Shown: positions 21,516-24,838 of the stretch, in pieces
Layout of the letters: every line of letters begins with the position of its first letter
Numbering within the stretch: the stretch's first letter is position 1
Assembly: GCF_006345805.1 (NCBI RefSeq)
Contig: NW_021836272.1
Location: 1-24,838 of the forward strand
Reading direction: 5' to 3'
Source of the DNA: Octopus sinensis
Lineage: Eukaryota
DNA length: 24,838 nt
The notes under the pieces: generated by a model
What the model saw: the letters and a program-made list of their open reading frames with translations, nothing else
Databases searched by the model: none
What the model was told of the DNA's origin: nothing
Program-made: the position numbers and the translations under genes

Positions 21516-22186
21516 AAGGCCCAAAGCTGGCAGACACGTTAGCACGCCGGGCGAAATGCTTAGGGGTATTTCGTCTGCCGCTACGTTCTGAGTTCAAATT
21601 CCGCCGAGGTCGACTTTGCTTTTCATCCTTTCAGGGTCGAGTAAATAAGTACCAGTTACGCACTGGGGTCGATATAATCGATTTAATCCGTTTATCTGTC
21701 CTTGTTTGTCCCCTCTATGTTTAGCCCCTTGTGGGCAGTAAAGAAATAGGTATTTCGTCTGTCTTTACGTTCTGAGTTCAAATTCCACCGAGGTCAACTT
21801 TGCCTTTCATTCTTTCAGGGTCGAGTAAATAAGTACCAGTTACGCACTGGCGTCGATATAATCGACTTAATCCGTTTCTCTTTCCTTGTTTGTCCCCTCT
21901 GTGTTTAGCCCCTTGTGGGCAGTAAAGAAATAGGTATTTCGTCTGTCTTTACGTTCTGAGTTCAAATTCCACCGAGGTCAACTTTGCCTTTCATCCTTTC
22001 AGGGTCGAGTAAATAAGTACCAGTTACGCAATGGCGTCGATATAATCGACTTAATCCGTTTGTCTGTCCTTGTTTGTCCCCTCTGTGTTTAGCCCTTTGT
22101 GGGTAGTAAAGAAATAGGTATTTCGTCTGTCTTTACGTTCCGAGTTCAAATTCCACCGAGGTCGACTTTGCCTTTCATCCCTTTCG
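21516..22186 (+). mobile_element. SINE family B: head plus 3.4 tandem 184-bp units
   Basis: The anchor falls at 21566, 21750, 21934 and 22118. Confidence 0.9.
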
Positions 22187-22735
22187 ACTGGACCCTTCTC
22201 CAAATATTTCGCTCCTTCTGCTTAGAATAGAAAAGAATATTGATATTTCATGTCTCATTATTTCAATCTCTTTTTCAATTTTACTTTTCCAGTTTCGAAT
22301 TTGTCTCAAGTTGGTATTTCTTTGTTACATGCATTTCTTTGCTTTGCAACGGGTTTCAGTTGTTTTAGCAGCTGCACAATAACCTCAGTGCAGCGCAATA
22401 TTAAGTGCATTGCTCCAGAACACATGACATCACACGCTGTGCTTTGTTCCTAACCACAAGACCACACACCTTTACTCTTTATAAAATATTAACAATAATA
22501 CAGCAATGCAAGGCGCAATGTGCCAGACAACTACTTTCCGGTTCGCTATAAACACCCCCCCCCCATATTTTTGCAGTTGTTTTACCAGATGAAAGTAATA
22601 GAAATAAAGGTTGTCTAGGTATGCAACGTGACATGTTTCCGCTGGCCAATTGTTCGTTCTCCTGGTTTCTTATTTTATCTGAACAATGGCTGGCTATCCT
22701 TTTCACTAGGTACTGGCCAAATAATGATTATAATA

Positions 22736-23019
22736 ATTTGAACTTAGAACGTAGCTTCAAACGAAATACCTATTTTTTTACTACCAACAAGGCGCTAAAC
22801 ACAGAGAGGACAAACAAGGACAGACACGCGGATTAAGTCGATTATATCGACCCCAGTGCGTAACTGGTACTTAATTTAATCGACCCCGAAACGATGAAAG
22901 GCGAAGTCGACCTCGGCGTAATTTGAACTCAGAACGTAACGGCAGATGAAATACCTATTTCTTTACTGCCCACAAGGGGCTAAACACAGAGAGGACAAAC
23001 AAGGACAGACAAACGGATT
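22736..23019 (-). mobile_element. SINE family B body units, about 1.5 units
   Basis: Reverse complement of about 19400-19691. Confidence 0.85.
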
Positions 23020-23512
23020 GGCATATACTAGAACATATTTGCCCAAGGTGCCATATAGTGGGACCGAACCTGAAATCATATGGTTGTAAAATGAGCTTCT
23101 TAACCCCACACTCATCCCTGTATGGTTAAAGCAGCGACTTTTTAAAATATCGAGCATTATTCCCGCTTTGGAGATTTTAATTGTAAAACAATCGTGAGCC
23201 TTCTGAATATGCAACTCCCTACATAGTACATCCTTGGCCTCTCTTGCCCCTTTGTAAGCCGACATGTTTATTTTAGGGCGCTACTGTCCATGTTAAGTAC
23301 CGCTGGGTTTGATTTGTTAGACGAATACCCTTTAACGAGGTGCTCTAACATGGCCGCAATCCCATAACTGAAAGAAGTAAATGAAAAAAGTATTTGTTGT
23401 ATTTAGGAATGGTCACTTTGCCAGTTTAGCCAATAAAAACACACACACTATATATTTGGTGTTACTTTGCTTCAGCGTTATTTATTTTTTACATTAATCT
23501 TAATTTTACTTC

Positions 23513-23557
23513 GGCCAGAGTTCTTTCGTCACACTCCTGTGACCGCATCAGTGGTCC
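23513..23557 (-). ncRNA. Degenerate minimal hammerhead-like motif
   Basis: GGACCA-CUGAUGC-G-GUCACA-GGAG-UGUGAC-GAAA-G-AA-CUC-UGGCC, with A9 changed to C. Confidence 0.4.
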
Positions 23558-23624
23558 TTTGTTTTCTTCTTTCTTATTTGTGTGTCTCTCCTTACTAACC
23601 GTCAGTCATTTTAATTAATTTCCA

Positions 23625-24110
23625 GTGTACTCTCTCAAGGATATGCCTAGCATGGACCCCTTCATGGCCCTTTGCGTCGTATGGCATCATCCAGCTTTGT
23701 TTCAAGCACACCCTTCACCGAGGTAAATACCAACAAGTCTGCTCTTATTCCCTTCGAGATTTCATTTTCCAAATCTCGGTGCATATTCATTGTGTTCCCG
23801 TAAATAGAATACTGCTTTAGCTCGTCGAGCGGAGGGAACGATGTGATCGCAGAGTAGCGATGGCACAAGATCCGTTAGGGTGGTCATGTCGTCGCAAGTT
23901 CAACAGACAAAATGAGGAACCGTACAGTTGTTGAGTTGTATCCAGGAGATCGGGAAAATATCACTTGGAATGCCTCCACGACGAAAGAAAGAAAATTTAA
24001 TCAAGCCATTTCGGTCAAGGTGGAAAAGAATGGCACAATCGAATTGGAAGCGCATTGGAAGCGCATTGTGGCCAGCGATGTAAAACAGCATGTGATGATC
24101 CGGTCGATCA
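23625..24110. mobile_element. RTE-clade LINE 3' fragment with an inverted 5' part
   Basis: Minus strand 23625-23870: GNTMNMHRDLENEISKGIRA...TQRAMKGSMLGISLRE. Plus strand from about 23875: GHV..TD...VVELYPGDR..LGMPPRR. Confidence 0.7.
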
Positions 24111-24354
24111 CCACTCTTCACCACCACCACTGCCATTTGGTTTGTGTTACAATATTTCTTGACTGTGGGCTCTGAGTTCCATTCCTGCTGAGGTCAATTT
24201 CTCCTTTCACTCTTTCGGGGATTCATAAATAAAATAAAACTTCGGTGGTAGATAAGTGGTATTGTTAGGGTCTCGTGTAGGAAAGTTTGGTTGGCGTCTG
24301 TTGCGGTACTCGAGATTTAGAGTTCCAATCCAACCTCATGAGATAACAGATAAG

Positions 24355-24838
24355 AATAATAATAATGATGTACGACACAGAAACAAATAATAATAATATT
24401 AAATTATTAAAACAAATAATAATAATGATATGCAACACAAAAACAAATAATAATAATAATATTAAATTATTAAAACAAATAATAATAATGATATGCAACA
24501 CAAAAAAAAATAATAATAATATTAAATTATTAAAACAAATGATAATAATGATATGCAACACAAAAACAAATAATAATAATAATATTAAATTATTAAAACA
24601 AATAATAATAATGATATGCAACACAAAAAAAAATAATAATAATATTAAATTATTAAAACAAATGATAATAATGATATGCAACACAAAAAAAAATAATAAT
24701 AATATTAAATTATTAAAACAAATAATAATAATGATATGCAACACAAAAAAAAATAATAATAATATTAAATTATTAAAACAAATAATAATAATGATATGCA
24801 ACACAAAAACAAATAATAATAATAATATTAAATTATTA
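24355..24838. repeat. AT-rich minisatellite with 60/63-bp units, about 8 copies, running off the window end
   Basis: The TTAAATTATT anchor falls at 24399, 24462, 24522, 24585, 24645, 24705, 24765 and 24828. Confidence 0.95.

Noticed and set aside
22293-22313. Candidate micro-exon after a strong pyrimidine tract
   Set aside because: The donor is weak (GTATTT), the peptide FRICLKL does not fit the expected continuation, and it lies in rearranged repeats.
19590-22836. Duplicated 71-aa ORF (MQRDMFPLAN...)
   Set aside because: It is identical only because of the inverted duplication, and half of it is SINE-B sequence.
20405-23265. Duplicated ORF containing ELHIQKA.DCFTIKI
   Set aside because: It runs into a degenerate SINE-A head, has no clear splice signals and no motif I recognise.
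24265-24271. TTAGGG next to the terminal minisatellite as a telomere sign
   Set aside because: A single hexamer is expected by chance.

Overview
AT-rich, repeat-saturated eukaryotic DNA, not prokaryotic: I see no operon, CRISPR array, rRNA or true tRNA gene. The SINE sequences resemble octopus (coleoid cephalopod) families as I recall them; I could not run a search to confirm this. The only credible host gene feature is a first coding exon on the + strand (5942-6169). It has a TATA box, a Kozak ATG, a 21-aa signal peptide and an AG|GTAAAT donor. I found no convincing second exon, so 6170 to the end is probably one intron of more than 18 kb. The rest is nested transposon debris: a decayed Tc1, a DD34D mariner, two non-autonomous Helitrons, Penelope-like, CR1-like, L1/Tx1, RTE and R4/Dong-like LINE fragments, three tRNA-derived SINE families and many microsatellites. 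The most notable structure is (i) a SINE and a LINE sharing a 3' tail with a covarying stem, (ii) several minimal hammerhead-like motifs, (iii) a 544-bp tandem array with a 5' inversion and a possible TSD, (iv) SINE-derived 184-bp and 17-bp tandem arrays inside a recent inverted duplication, and (v) many foldback structures. Identities were counted by eye and are approximate. Family labels SINE-A/B/C are my own.
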